From assembly GCA_963806325.1 (NCBI GenBank), contig CAWDXL010000016.1:68043-132042 (forward strand): DNA of 64,000 bases, in the 5' to 3' direction. This DNA comes from Candidatus Parcubacteria bacterium (GTDB lineage: Bacteria > Patescibacteriota > Minisyncoccia > Phycocordibacterales > JAKAEA01). Below, piece by piece: positions 46,700-56,191 of the stretch. Below the pieces are notes generated by a model. It was not told where the DNA came from, searched no databases, and was given only the letters and a program-made list of their open reading frames with translations. Positions within the stretch are counted from its first letter, which is position 1. Each line of letters opens with the position of its first letter. The position numbers and the translations under genes are program-made.

Positions 46700-46966
46700 A
46701 TGCAATTACTGCATGTTGGATATGGTCGGGTAGAAGGGGAAAATCCAATAGTCTGCCCACACTGCGGCCGATTGATGACATGGGCGGGACGCATCAATCT
46801 CTTGCTTCAGCCGCCATATGTACGCACCACACTTTTGATGGGTGGCGTTCCAAAATATATTTGCGAGCATGGTTGTACATGTGAAAATACGTTTGGTCCA
46901 CCTTCTGAGCTCGCGTGTGCAATTTTTGAAGGATATATGGTTCCGGTTGATACTTCGTGCGTATAG
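46700..46966 (+). CDS. Small Cys-rich hypothetical protein
   Basis: AGGAGG lies 6 nt upstream of the ATG. It has CPHCG and CEHGCTC motifs. Confidence 0.5.
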   Translation: MQLLHVGYGRVEGENPIVCPHCGRLMTWAGRINLLLQPPYVRTTLLMGGVPKYICEHGCTCENTFGPPSELACAIFEGYMVPVDTSCV

Positions 46967-47092
46967 GTGCGCTGGACAGGTGCGGGAGGCTGAAAACCTA
47001 TTTCGGCCTCCTTTCTTTCTCATAAAATGAAGAAACACAGATGTGGTACACTCTTGTGAGTATAAAAATAGAAATAATATTTTAAAATATCA

Positions 47093-48412
47093 ATGGTAAA
47101 TCCTCAATTAGTGGAGTACCTCAAAATGTATTCCCAGAAAGGCATGAGTCAAGAGGCAGTCGCAAGCTTGCTGAGAGCACAAGGCTGGTCCATGCCTGAA
47201 ATAGAAGAGGCTTTTAAAAGTTTGTCCGATGTATCGTTGCCAATTTCATCAATACCGCAAAAAGAAAATAATCAAACAGCAATTCCTTCTGTTCCGCAGA
47301 AAAACATTCCCCAGAATCAAAAAAGAAAATCATATACCGGGCTCATTCTTGCCACCATCGTTATTATTCTTTTCGTTTTGGCGGGCGGCGCGTATGCGTA
47401 CTATAAAATCGTTGTTACAAATCTTTATCCGCGCGCTATCCTTGAAAGGAGTTTTCTCGCCTCTCTGAATGTAAAAACACTTTCTTTCATGGCCACAAGC
47501 ACGGGGCAAGTATCAGACGCTATCGGCAGCGAAATTCCCTCCTCAGGAAATTTTACAGTTACCTCAGATGGCTCAATTGATCTTCATTCCATTGATCTAC
47601 CTCTTTTTGATCTTAATTTTGGAGCGAACGCTAGCTTTGGAAATGCTACAACTACCGGTTCCCTCACGCTGGGAATTGCTGCTATCTACACCAATAAAAA
47701 CCTCTATCTTAATCTAAAGAATCTCGATCTCGCATACTCATCTGTTGATCCAAAAGCTGCAAGTACCCAATCAATTGTTGCGACGATAAATGGATTTGTA
47801 CGCTCATTAGAAAATAAATGGATACAAATAGATGCTAGTCCAATCAGTGCCACGACATCATCTCAGTATTTTCTCTCCGACACCGATAAGGCTGCGATTC
47901 GTGGTTATGTGGCTGGCATGAGTTATATTACTGCAACCAATAATGTTGGGACTGAAATTATACATGGAATTCCCACATATCATCTTAAAGTATCAGTTCT
48001 CCCGGGTCAGCAGTTTGTTGATCTTGTGCGAAAAATAAGTCTTGAGAAACAACCCGATATTCAAAAAAATATGCAGGCGTTTAATGCTCAGATGAATAAT
48101 GTGTCAAAAACAGCGAATCAAAAGATTGATTTCGATATCTGGATAGGGCAGAGCGACTCCATGATTTATAAGATTGTGACGAGCCCCGTCACTGTATCCG
48201 ATGAAAAATCTGGCACCGTGTCGACCACAAGCCAGGAGGTGTCGCTGAGTAATTATAACGAGCCCCTCTCTATCGCTGTTCCTCAAGGTGCAGCATCTCT
48301 TCAGCAGCTTCTCCAAAATATTTTCAGTGGATTTATGAGTACTACTACAGTAAAAAAAGCTTCACCTACAGTAGTAAAAACAACGACAAAAAAATCACTC
48401 CTCACACGGTAA
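47093..48412 (+). CDS. Membrane-anchored hypothetical protein with the same N-terminal module (…GMSQEAVASLLRAQGWSMPEIEEAF)
   Basis: 439 aa, with a TM helix after the N-terminal module and then a large extracytoplasmic domain. Confidence 0.6.
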   Translation: MVNPQLVEYLKMYSQKGMSQEAVASLLRAQGWSMPEIEEAFKSLSDVSLPISSIPQKENNQTAIPSVPQKNIPQNQKRKSYTGLILATIVIILFVLAGGAYAYYKIVVTNLYPRAILERSFLASLNVKTLSFMATSTGQVSDAIGSEIPSSGNFTVTSDGSIDLHSIDLPLFDLNFGANASFGNATTTGSLTLGIAAIYTNKNLYLNLKNLDLAYSSVDPKAASTQSIVATINGFVRSLENKWIQIDASPISATTSSQYFLSDTDKAAIRGYVAGMSYITATNNVGTEIIHGIPTYHLKVSVLPGQQFVDLVRKISLEKQPDIQKNMQAFNAQMNNVSKTANQKIDFDIWIGQSDSMIYKIVTSPVTVSDEKSGTVSTTSQEVSLSNYNEPLSIAVPQGAASLQQLLQNIFSGFMSTTTVKKASPTVVKTTTKKSLLTR

Positions 48413-48602
48413 AAAATAGTAGCATGTCTGTATAATGTTTAATACATAAAGCTTTTTTGGCAGCCTCCTTGACCTATGGGGTAAAGGTGTTGAGCTGTTG
48501 TTTGGCGTCAGAAAACCTTTATCAGGGCGTCTTAGTAGGTGAAATCTCTTGTCGAGGTTATTACAATATTTTACTAAATTTACTACTTAATTTTATAATT
48601 TT

Positions 48603-48788
48603 ATGAAATCTTACAATGTAAAACATGGAGTAAAAAATACATATCGCTCCATAGTAAAAGGAGTTAAATATGCAAATTTGAAGATTAAGGATACTGTGGA
48701 AGCAACCTCTTTGCGAAAAATGCAAAAACAAAAATTACTTTTAGAAAGTCTTATAAAGAATTTTTACGGTGCTCAACAGCCTGCCTGA
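48603..48788 (+). CDS. Small basic hypothetical protein
   Basis: 61 aa with an ATG start, followed by a terminator. Confidence 0.35.
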   Translation: MKSYNVKHGVKNTYRSIVKGVKYANLKIKDTVEATSLRKMQKQKLLLESLIKNFYGAQQPA

Positions 48789-48823
48789 TGGGTATCTTGT
48801 CTGACAAGTCTAAACTTAAAAAA

Positions 48824-48860
48824 CTACCTGCTGCTCGTAAACGTGGCAGGCAGTTTTTTT
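48824..48860 (+). terminator. Rho-independent terminator
   Basis: ctacctgc ... gcaggcag (7 of 8 bp) followed by T7. Confidence 0.6.
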
Positions 48861-48959
48861 AAATCCTACTCTGATCTTATTGTTGTTTGTGTGGACAGCT
48901 AGTATAAGGAGAGTGAGAATAGTAGGAGTTTCTTGGTAAAGAAGGTATAATGATGATAT

Positions 48960-49070
48960 ATGGCAAAAAGAATGGCGGTCAACACAAAAAACAGCGCATC
49001 ACGTTCTAAAAAAACGAAAAAGCGCCTTGCAATAAAATATGCGAGGCTTGCGAAGCAAAAGAGTAAGTAA
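48960..49070 (+). CDS. 36-aa highly basic peptide (not in the ORF track)
   Basis: MAKRMAVNTKNSASRSKKTKKRLAIKYARLAKQKSK. TATAAT at 48946-48951 lies 8 nt upstream of the ATG, and the hairpin ccacaaaaa/tttttgtgg lies downstream. Confidence 0.3.
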   Translation: MAKRMAVNTKNSASRSKKTKKRLAIKYARLAKQKSK

Positions 49071-49135
49071 TCCTGTTGTGGGTTGCTGGCTGCCACAAAA
49101 ATCAACATTTTTGTGGTGTTTAATGGTATAAAAAT

Positions 49136-49399
49136 GTGAACTTGCTCAAACTAAGGAGTGAAATAAATAAGGTTGATAATAAAATAATTGTGCTTCTTGC
49201 CAAGAGACAGTCTTTTATGTCTGTTATGGGAATATACAAGAGACGGCATGACATAGCCATATACCAGCCCCAAAGAGAACGGGAAATATTGGCCAAACTG
49301 GAAAATTTAGCTGCAAAGAAGAAATTGGATTCTCTGCTCATACAAAAAGTTTTTAAGGCGATTTTCAAAAATTCGAAGGATATACAAAGACATGTATAG
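49136..49399 (+). CDS. Chorismate mutase (AroQ class)
   Basis: LRSEINKVDNKIIVLLAKR...IYQPQREREIL is the CM_2 pattern. The start is GTG. Confidence 0.8.
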   Translation: MNLLKLRSEINKVDNKIIVLLAKRQSFMSVMGIYKRRHDIAIYQPQREREILAKLENLAAKKKLDSLLIQKVFKAIFKNSKDIQRHV

Positions 49400-49504
49400 T
49401 TTTTGTAGCAGTATACGGTATCTACGGTAGTCTATTAAACTTTCACCTTGCAATTTTTCTTAAATTAGTTAAGATACTAACACATTATCCATACAACGTC
49501 CCGC

Positions 49505-49939
49505 ATGCAGCGAAAAAAATATATTGAAGAGTTATTAGAAAATATCCAAGTATTGAAACATAAGCTGTTTTCAGGCGCGGTGTGCTATCTCGGTGAAGGT
49601 TCTATTACCGCTTCACAATGGCTCGTGCTCCGGCAAATTCAGCAGCACGAAGGTACAACCCTCAAGGAAATCGCGCAGTCACTTGCCATGACTTCAAGCG
49701 CTGTGACGCAGCTTGTCGAGGTTCTCGTTGGGAAAGAGTATGTTATTAAAAAAACTAATGCCGATGATCGCCGGGAGCTCAAACTTATGCTCTCTGAAAA
49801 AAGCAGAAAACATATTGCGTCGCTCCGTGAAAAAAGAATTGGAGACATGGAAAATATTTTCAACACTCTCAACGATAAAGAATTTGAAGAATATTGCCGT
49901 TTGCATGCAAAAATAGCGCAGCATATGGCATCTAAATAA
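49505..49939 (+). CDS. MarR-family transcriptional regulator
   Basis: ITASQWLVLRQIQQHEGTTLKEIAQSLAMTSSAVTQLVEVLVGKEYVIKKTNADDRR. Confidence 0.88.
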   Translation: MQRKKYIEELLENIQVLKHKLFSGAVCYLGEGSITASQWLVLRQIQQHEGTTLKEIAQSLAMTSSAVTQLVEVLVGKEYVIKKTNADDRRELKLMLSEKSRKHIASLREKRIGDMENIFNTLNDKEFEEYCRLHAKIAQHMASK

Positions 49940-49957
49940 ATACCCCCTATTTTTTAT

Positions 49958-51718
49958 ATGGAACAAAAAAATAATACACAAGAACGCGCACTTCCGCCGG
50001 CACCCAGTCTTTCTGCTTTGATGCGCCGGTATATACATGTCATCAGTATTCTGGTTGTGCTTACGGTTGTTGCTAATGCACTTAGTCTTTCGATTCCGAG
50101 CATTATGGCGTCATCTATCGATACCTTTGCCGGCGGCCACTTTAGTATGGAATATCTCGTTGTTGAATTTTCTATTATTGCTTTTTTTATTTTCATATTT
50201 ACATACCTCCAAAACATTGTGCAGGTATATGCGTCCGAGCAGGTGGCTCGCGATATGCGCAACGAAATCGCTGCAAAAATTTCAGTGCAGCCGTACTCAT
50301 ATATTGAACGAATGACGCCTGCCAAGCTTCTAACAAATCTTACTTCGGACGTGGATGCGGTAAAGACGTTTGTGTCGACAGCCATTGCATCTATTATTTC
50401 ATCCGTTTTTCTTGTCCTCGGCACGGCGGTGCTGCTTTTGCATATCAATTGGCGGCTTGGACTTGCTGTGCTTGCGGTGGTTCCGATTATCGCCATTATT
50501 TTTTATGTGGTTTTGAGCAAAGTGCGAAAATTATTCGTGAAATCACAGGAAGCAATTGATTGGCTCAATAAAGTTATCAGTGAAAGTGTTCTTGGTGCTG
50601 CTCTTATCCGTCTGCTTAATTCGCAAAACACGGAATATGATAAATTTATAGACGCTAATACCGAAGCAAAGCGCATCAGCCTTGAAATTCTCGGATTGTT
50701 TGCGAGTCTTGTGCCGGTCATCACATTTTTTACGAATCTCGCGATGCTTGCCATTATTTTGATCGGCGGCCATTTTGTGATCGGCGGCACGATGTCGCTT
50801 GGAAATTTTACTGCGTTCAATACGTATCTCGCAATTCTTATTTTTCCAATACTTATTATTGGATTTATGAGCAACGTTATAGCTCAGGCTCAGGCATCAT
50901 ACGGGCGTATTTTGCAGGTGCTCAATGCTCCTGTTGAGAAGAAAACAGGCGGCCTCAAAATAGCTCTTCATGGGGATATTGAGGTCAAGCATGTGAGTGT
51001 AAGTTTTGGGCAGAAATCAGCTCTCAAAGACGTTTCCTTTTCAGTGCCTGCCGGCAGCAAGACGGCTATTATTGGTCCTACTGCTGCAGGCAAGACACAG
51101 CTTTTATATTTATTGACAGGTCTTCTCGCACCGACGAGCGGTTCAGTATATTTTGACGGGAAAGATTTGAATGAGTACGACAAGGCGAGCTTGCATAATC
51201 AGGTCGGATTTGTGTTCCAGGACAGTGTTATGTTCAACCTGAGCTTGCGCGAAAATATTGCATTCAGCAACACCGTAAAAGATAGCGATATTGAAAAAGC
51301 TATAGACACCGCCGAGCTCCAAGATTTTATCGGTACATTGCCGCAAAAGTTGGACACTATTGTGTCGGAACGGGGGACGAGCCTTTCGGGAGGGCAAAAA
51401 CAGCGTATTATGCTTGCCCGCGCTCTTGCACTCAATCCAAAAGTCTTGTTGCTCGACGATTTTACTGCCCGTGTTGATGCCAATACCGAGCGAAAAATTC
51501 TCAGCAATGTCAGCAAGAATTATCCGGAGATCACGCTCATATCAGTCACTCAAAAAATTTCATCTATCGAGCATTATGATCAGATTATTGTGCTCATGGA
51601 AGGGGAGCTTTTAGCAAGCGGTACGCATCAGCAACTGCTGGAATCATCTCCTGAATATGTTCAAATCTATCAGTCGCAGCGGAGCACAAATCAATATGAA
51701 TTGAATGCAGAAAAATAA
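49958..51718 (+). CDS. ABC exporter, fused TMD-NBD half-transporter (degenerate-site subunit)
   Basis: Six TM helices, Walker A GPTAAGKT, signature LSGGQKQR, and Walker B LLLDDFTA with D in place of the catalytic E. Confidence 0.9.
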   Translation: MEQKNNTQERALPPAPSLSALMRRYIHVISILVVLTVVANALSLSIPSIMASSIDTFAGGHFSMEYLVVEFSIIAFFIFIFTYLQNIVQVYASEQVARDMRNEIAAKISVQPYSYIERMTPAKLLTNLTSDVDAVKTFVSTAIASIISSVFLVLGTAVLLLHINWRLGLAVLAVVPIIAIIFYVVLSKVRKLFVKSQEAIDWLNKVISESVLGAALIRLLNSQNTEYDKFIDANTEAKRISLEILGLFASLVPVITFFTNLAMLAIILIGGHFVIGGTMSLGNFTAFNTYLAILIFPILIIGFMSNVIAQAQASYGRILQVLNAPVEKKTGGLKIALHGDIEVKHVSVSFGQKSALKDVSFSVPAGSKTAIIGPTAAGKTQLLYLLTGLLAPTSGSVYFDGKDLNEYDKASLHNQVGFVFQDSVMFNLSLRENIAFSNTVKDSDIEKAIDTAELQDFIGTLPQKLDTIVSERGTSLSGGQKQRIMLARALALNPKVLLLDDFTARVDANTERKILSNVSKNYPEITLISVTQKISSIEHYDQIIVLMEGELLASGTHQQLLESSPEYVQIYQSQRSTNQYELNAEK

Positions 51719-51730
51719 ATCGTATATTTC

Positions 51731-53506
51731 ATGAATTATTCTCTTACAAAAACAGACATAGAAAGGGAAAAGGAAAAAGGCGTATTGGCCACCGCGTGGC
51801 GCCGCCTTGTGCCCCTGATGAAAGAAGAGGGACAGGCGGTGACGATCGCTCTTATAGCTATTCTTGTGAATGCAGCGACCACGCTCGTTGTACCTCTTAT
51901 TATTGCTCATATTATTGATGTGTATATTGTTAGCAAAGATTTTCACGGAGTGCTGGTATTTTCCGGCCTGCTCTTTGCCGTCTTTATGATTGGGCTTGGT
52001 GCGAGCTATGTGCAAGTCAAATCGATGGGAGGAGTCGGCCGCCGCCTTCTTTTCAATCTGCGCAATAAAATATTCAACAAGCTTCAGGAGCTTCCGGTAG
52101 CATTTTTCAATCAAAACAAGGCGGGTGATTTGATTTCGCGCATCAACAACGATACCGATAAGCTCAACCAATTTTTCTCACAGGCGCTTATGCAATTTAT
52201 CGGCAACCTCGCGCTTATTGCCGGCACGACGGTTTTTCTCTTGGTTATCAACATTAAGCTTGGTATTGTTGCGCTGATTCCAGCTATTCTTGCATTAATC
52301 GTCACTCAGCTGCTGTCTCCGTGGGTGAAGCGCACAAGTTTGAGAAGTTTGCGTACGCTCGGCGCGATGAGCGGAGAAATTCAGGAAAGCATCAACAATT
52401 TCAAGGTCATTGTTGCGTTCAACCGGCTCGATTATTTTCGAACGAAGTTCAAAGAGTCGAATGAAACCAATTATGCTGCTTCTGTATCAGCTGGCATCGC
52501 GAGCAATATTTTCAATCCGCTCTACGCGCTTTCCTCAGCGCTCGCTCAGCTTGCAGTGCTCGCGTATGGAATCTATTTGATCTTATCAGGCCATTTCGCT
52601 ATCGGCTTGCTTATCGGCTTTCTGCTCTACGTCAACAACTTTTATACTCCGCTTCGCCAGCTCGCATCCGTGTGGCCTTCACTTCAGCTGGCGCTTGCCG
52701 GTCTTGATCGCATTTCGGAGGTATTATCGCTTGAATCTGATATAACGGTCATGCCAAAGGAGGTGCCGCATGCGCCTTCCTCGCCTGATGCGGTGCTTGA
52801 ATTCAAAAATGTATTTTTCAGCTATACGTCCGGAAAAGATATTTTAAAGAATATTAATTTTACCCTCGAACGTGGAAAGACGTATGCGCTTGTCGGCCCG
52901 ACCGGCGGTGGCAAGACCACGACCGCCTCGCTCATGGCTCGTCTCTACGATCCATCGAAAGGTGCAATTTATTTGGAAGGTAAAGACATTCGGCTGTATG
53001 AGCCCGATACGCGCGCAAAAAAGATCGGCTTTATTTTGCAGGAACCATTTCTCTTTACGGGCACGGTGCGTGAAAATATTTTGTACGGCAACCAAGAGTA
53101 TCAATCTCATTCAAATGAGGAACTGGCAGACGTGCTTGAAAAAGTCCACCTCACAAAGCTTCTCTCGCGATTTTCCAACGGTCTTGATACTCCTGTTGCT
53201 TCAAGTGGCGATGCTATTAGCCTCGGACAGAAACAACTGATTGCCTTTATTCGTGCCGCGCTCCGCAATCCGGATATTCTTATTTTGGATGAAGCCACGG
53301 CAAATATCGATACCATCACCGAGCAGCTTCTCGATGAAATTCTCAACAAGCTTCCGCCAAAGACCACAAAAGTTATTATTGCTCACCGCCTCAATACTAT
53401 TGAAAACGCCGACGATATCTTCTTCGTGAATGGCGGAGAAATCACTCATGCCGGCTCCATGCAGCAAGCTGTCGACATGCTCCTCCACGGCAAGCGACAG
53501 AGCTAG
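51731..53506 (+). CDS. ABC exporter, fused TMD-NBD half-transporter (consensus-site subunit)
   Basis: Walker A GPTGGGKTT, Walker B ILILDEATANID, and a non-canonical signature ISLGQKQ. Confidence 0.9.
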   Translation: MNYSLTKTDIEREKEKGVLATAWRRLVPLMKEEGQAVTIALIAILVNAATTLVVPLIIAHIIDVYIVSKDFHGVLVFSGLLFAVFMIGLGASYVQVKSMGGVGRRLLFNLRNKIFNKLQELPVAFFNQNKAGDLISRINNDTDKLNQFFSQALMQFIGNLALIAGTTVFLLVINIKLGIVALIPAILALIVTQLLSPWVKRTSLRSLRTLGAMSGEIQESINNFKVIVAFNRLDYFRTKFKESNETNYAASVSAGIASNIFNPLYALSSALAQLAVLAYGIYLILSGHFAIGLLIGFLLYVNNFYTPLRQLASVWPSLQLALAGLDRISEVLSLESDITVMPKEVPHAPSSPDAVLEFKNVFFSYTSGKDILKNINFTLERGKTYALVGPTGGGKTTTASLMARLYDPSKGAIYLEGKDIRLYEPDTRAKKIGFILQEPFLFTGTVRENILYGNQEYQSHSNEELADVLEKVHLTKLLSRFSNGLDTPVASSGDAISLGQKQLIAFIRAALRNPDILILDEATANIDTITEQLLDEILNKLPPKTTKVIIAHRLNTIENADDIFFVNGGEITHAGSMQQAVDMLLHGKRQS

Positions 53507-53548
53507 CAATACAGAAAAATTTGTATCAATATTTGATATACTTTAACG

Positions 53549-54709
53549 ATGAAAATAATTCTTGCCTCAGATGTAAGCTTTTTGTTGAAATACGGCTACG
53601 ATTTGACGGGTATTTCCAAAGGCCAATTAAGGATCGGGTATGTCACTACCGCTTCAAAAGCAGCACGGGACCAGTCTTTCTTTGAAGAGGTAAAAAGAAA
53701 GATAAAAGAGAATGGATATTCTTTTGAAGAAATAGATATTGAAGGCACAAGCAAACAAGAATTAAAAGATTTTTTCACCGATAAAAATGTTATCCATGTC
53801 GAGGGCGGCAACACATTCTATCTATTAAAAGCAATACGGCAGGGAGAATTCGGTGAATTCTTGAAAGAGTGGCTTGATGAGGATAAAGTGTATATTGGTA
53901 CAAGTGCAGGAGCATATATCATGTGTCCGACGATCGAGGTAGCGACGTGGAATGATAATGGAAAAGATAAATTTGGTGTGACTGATTTTAAAGCTCTTAA
54001 TTTTGTTCCATTTGTTTTGAAGGTTCATTATAAAAATGATATGGAAGCTATGGTGAAAGAAAAAATGAAGACTCTTAAATATCCATTGCGCATACTGCGT
54101 GACGGACAGGGAATCGTTGTTGAAGATGGTGAGTATACTTTTGTAGGGGATGGGGAGGAAGTTGTCTTAAATGCTCCGGAACAATTCGATGTGTTGGATA
54201 ACCAAGGAAATCCTACAGGAAAGATCAAGCTTCGTTGCGATGTCCACAAAGATGGTGATTGGCATCGGGCTGTGCACGTGTGGATTATGAATAGTCAGGG
54301 GCAATTTTTAATACAAAAAAGATCTCCGCAAAAAGATAGCGATCCCAATCGCTGGGACATATCTGTGGCTGGGCATATTTCAGCAGGAGAGACGAGTATT
54401 GATACTGTTGTAAAAGAAGTGTGGGAAGAGATTGGTACTCACTTAAAAAAGTCTGATTTTAAATATCTTTTTACAACAATTTCACAATCAGTTCAAAAAA
54501 ACGGAATGTTCATTAATAATGAATTTGATGATGTGTATCTGGCAAAGCTTGATCTTGATATATCAAAAATTGTATTACAGAAGGAAGAAGTGGTCGAAGT
54601 AAAATGGGTTGACCAGAAAGTGTTGTCTGATGCATACTCCAGAAAAGATTCTTCATATGTCCTGCATGAAGAAGAGTATGCAAAATTGTTGGAATATTTA
54701 AACAGATAA
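53549..54709 (+). CDS. Peptidase S51 (PepE-like) domain fused to a NUDIX hydrolase domain
   Basis: The N-terminal half has IHVEGGNTFYLL and YIGTSAGAYI. The C-terminal half has the Nudix box GHISAGETSIDTVVKEVWEEIG. Confidence 0.7.
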   Translation: MKIILASDVSFLLKYGYDLTGISKGQLRIGYVTTASKAARDQSFFEEVKRKIKENGYSFEEIDIEGTSKQELKDFFTDKNVIHVEGGNTFYLLKAIRQGEFGEFLKEWLDEDKVYIGTSAGAYIMCPTIEVATWNDNGKDKFGVTDFKALNFVPFVLKVHYKNDMEAMVKEKMKTLKYPLRILRDGQGIVVEDGEYTFVGDGEEVVLNAPEQFDVLDNQGNPTGKIKLRCDVHKDGDWHRAVHVWIMNSQGQFLIQKRSPQKDSDPNRWDISVAGHISAGETSIDTVVKEVWEEIGTHLKKSDFKYLFTTISQSVQKNGMFINNEFDDVYLAKLDLDISKIVLQKEEVVEVKWVDQKVLSDAYSRKDSSYVLHEEEYAKLLEYLNR

Positions 54710-54711
54710 CT

Positions 54712-55257
54712 ATGAATATTAAGAAAGGTCCTTGGACAGTGACAGACAGTAAAATTGTCTACAAAAATCCTTGGATTAAAGTTCGTGAAGATAAGGTAAT
54801 TAGGCCCGATAAGAAAGAGGGGATTTTCGGAGTGGTTGAGCAAAAAGGTGGGGTGTCTGTAATTCCCATGGACACGAATAGAAATGTGTATCTGACTCAA
54901 GAATATCATTATGCAGTTGAGCGAGTCACTATAGAAGCTATCAGCGGTGGTATTGATACAGGAGAAAACAAGCTTGAAGCTGCACAGCGGGAACTGAAAG
55001 AAGAAACAGGATTTACCGCAAAAAAGTGGATATATTTGGGTGTTGTTGACCCTTTTACCAGTGTCATAGTTTCTCCGAATCATTTATATCTTGCAGAGGA
55101 TCTTATAAAAGGAGAGTCAGCTCAAGAAGGCACTGAAACAATCAAGGTGGTCAAAGTTTCTTTTGAAAAAGCTTTGGATATGGTCATGCGTAGTGAAATT
55201 ACCCACGGCGCAAGCTGTGTGGCATTGTTTAAGATAAAAAATCTTCTCAAAAAATAG
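54712..55257 (+). CDS. NUDIX hydrolase (ADP-ribose pyrophosphatase-like)
   Basis: Nudix box GGIDTGENKLEAAQRELKEETGF. Confidence 0.85.
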   Translation: MNIKKGPWTVTDSKIVYKNPWIKVREDKVIRPDKKEGIFGVVEQKGGVSVIPMDTNRNVYLTQEYHYAVERVTIEAISGGIDTGENKLEAAQRELKEETGFTAKKWIYLGVVDPFTSVIVSPNHLYLAEDLIKGESAQEGTETIKVVKVSFEKALDMVMRSEITHGASCVALFKIKNLLKK

Positions 55258-55323
55258 AAATAAACACCAGTAATATGGTCGGCTCTTGACCGTCTGTGTG
55301 TGGTATACTAAAGTCAATATTAT

Positions 55324-55872
55324 ATGGACAATAAAAATTTTAAGTTGAATAAAGAAGACTTTATTTTATACATACTAAATAAACTAGAACCAGATAAAAG
55401 CGACAAGATTCGTCTCAATAAACTCGCTTTCTTTGTGGAGTTTGCTTATCTGCTTAAATTTAATCACAATTTAAGCAATACTGAGTACGCGGCTATTGAT
55501 ATGGGGCCGGTAATCGATGACTACGATAGTGTTCTCAGAGATATGCAAAAAAGGGGTTTGCTTAAAATCGATGGTTATGTAATAAGACCTCTTAAATCTC
55601 CCTCAGCTGAAATATCCGCTGATCTCCGCATATTTATGGACAGTGTTGTTGATAAGTATTCAAAACTCACAAAAAATGAGCTGATAGGCCTGTCTCATCT
55701 TACTGATGCTTATAAAATTACCACAAATAATGAACGTGAGATGGGTAATAAGATAAATAAAAAACTCGCGCTGCTAGAGACTTTTCTTATAGATGATGAA
55801 CATAATAGCCAACTTTTAGAAAATGAATTACCTAAGGTGGATCGCTCGCAACTAATCCGATATGCTAGATAG
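55324..55872 (+). CDS. Panacea (DUF4065/SocA-like) domain antitoxin candidate
   Basis: IRLNKLAFFVEFAYLLKFNHNLSNTEYAAIDMGPVIDDY resembles DUF4065. It overlaps the downstream toxin gene by 11 nt. Confidence 0.6.
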   Translation: MDNKNFKLNKEDFILYILNKLEPDKSDKIRLNKLAFFVEFAYLLKFNHNLSNTEYAAIDMGPVIDDYDSVLRDMQKRGLLKIDGYVIRPLKSPSAEISADLRIFMDSVVDKYSKLTKNELIGLSHLTDAYKITTNNEREMGNKINKKLALLETFLIDDEHNSQLLENELPKVDRSQLIRYAR

Positions 55873-56179
55873 TTCTTATACAATCTACATTGAAAAGAGA
55901 TTCGATAAATGTTTGAAAGATTTATCGGAGGATGTAAAGGAAGTTTTTAACGAAAAAATGGAGTATTTTCGAAAGAATCCTTTACATCCAAGCCTTAACA
56001 CAAAAGCATATAATGTTGGTAAGAAAAAACTTAAGGAGCTTGGAGTAGATCAGGTATTTGAATTTTATATTAATCGCAAGGATTATCGCTGTGTTTTTTA
56101 TGTCACACACGAACCGAAAGAAATTATAATTGTGTATATTGGCAATCATACTCAAATTAAAAATAAGCTCAGCAAATAG
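55862..56179 (+). CDS. RelE/ParE-superfamily toxin (YafQ-like)
   Basis: 105 aa. F.KCLKDL...FRKNPLHPSLNTKAY...DYRCVFYVTHEPKEIIIVYIGNH is a typical RelE/ParE layout. Confidence 0.65.
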   Translation: MLDSSYTIYIEKRFDKCLKDLSEDVKEVFNEKMEYFRKNPLHPSLNTKAYNVGKKKLKELGVDQVFEFYINRKDYRCVFYVTHEPKEIIIVYIGNHTQIKNKLSK

Positions 56180-56191
56180 AACCTATAGCAT

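Noticed and set aside
48413-48602. 190-nt intergenic region with scattered pairings and a duplicated ggcgtc, considered as a riboswitch
   Set aside because: I could not fold a convincing structure or match any riboswitch consensus (TPP, fluoride and SAM were checked by eye).
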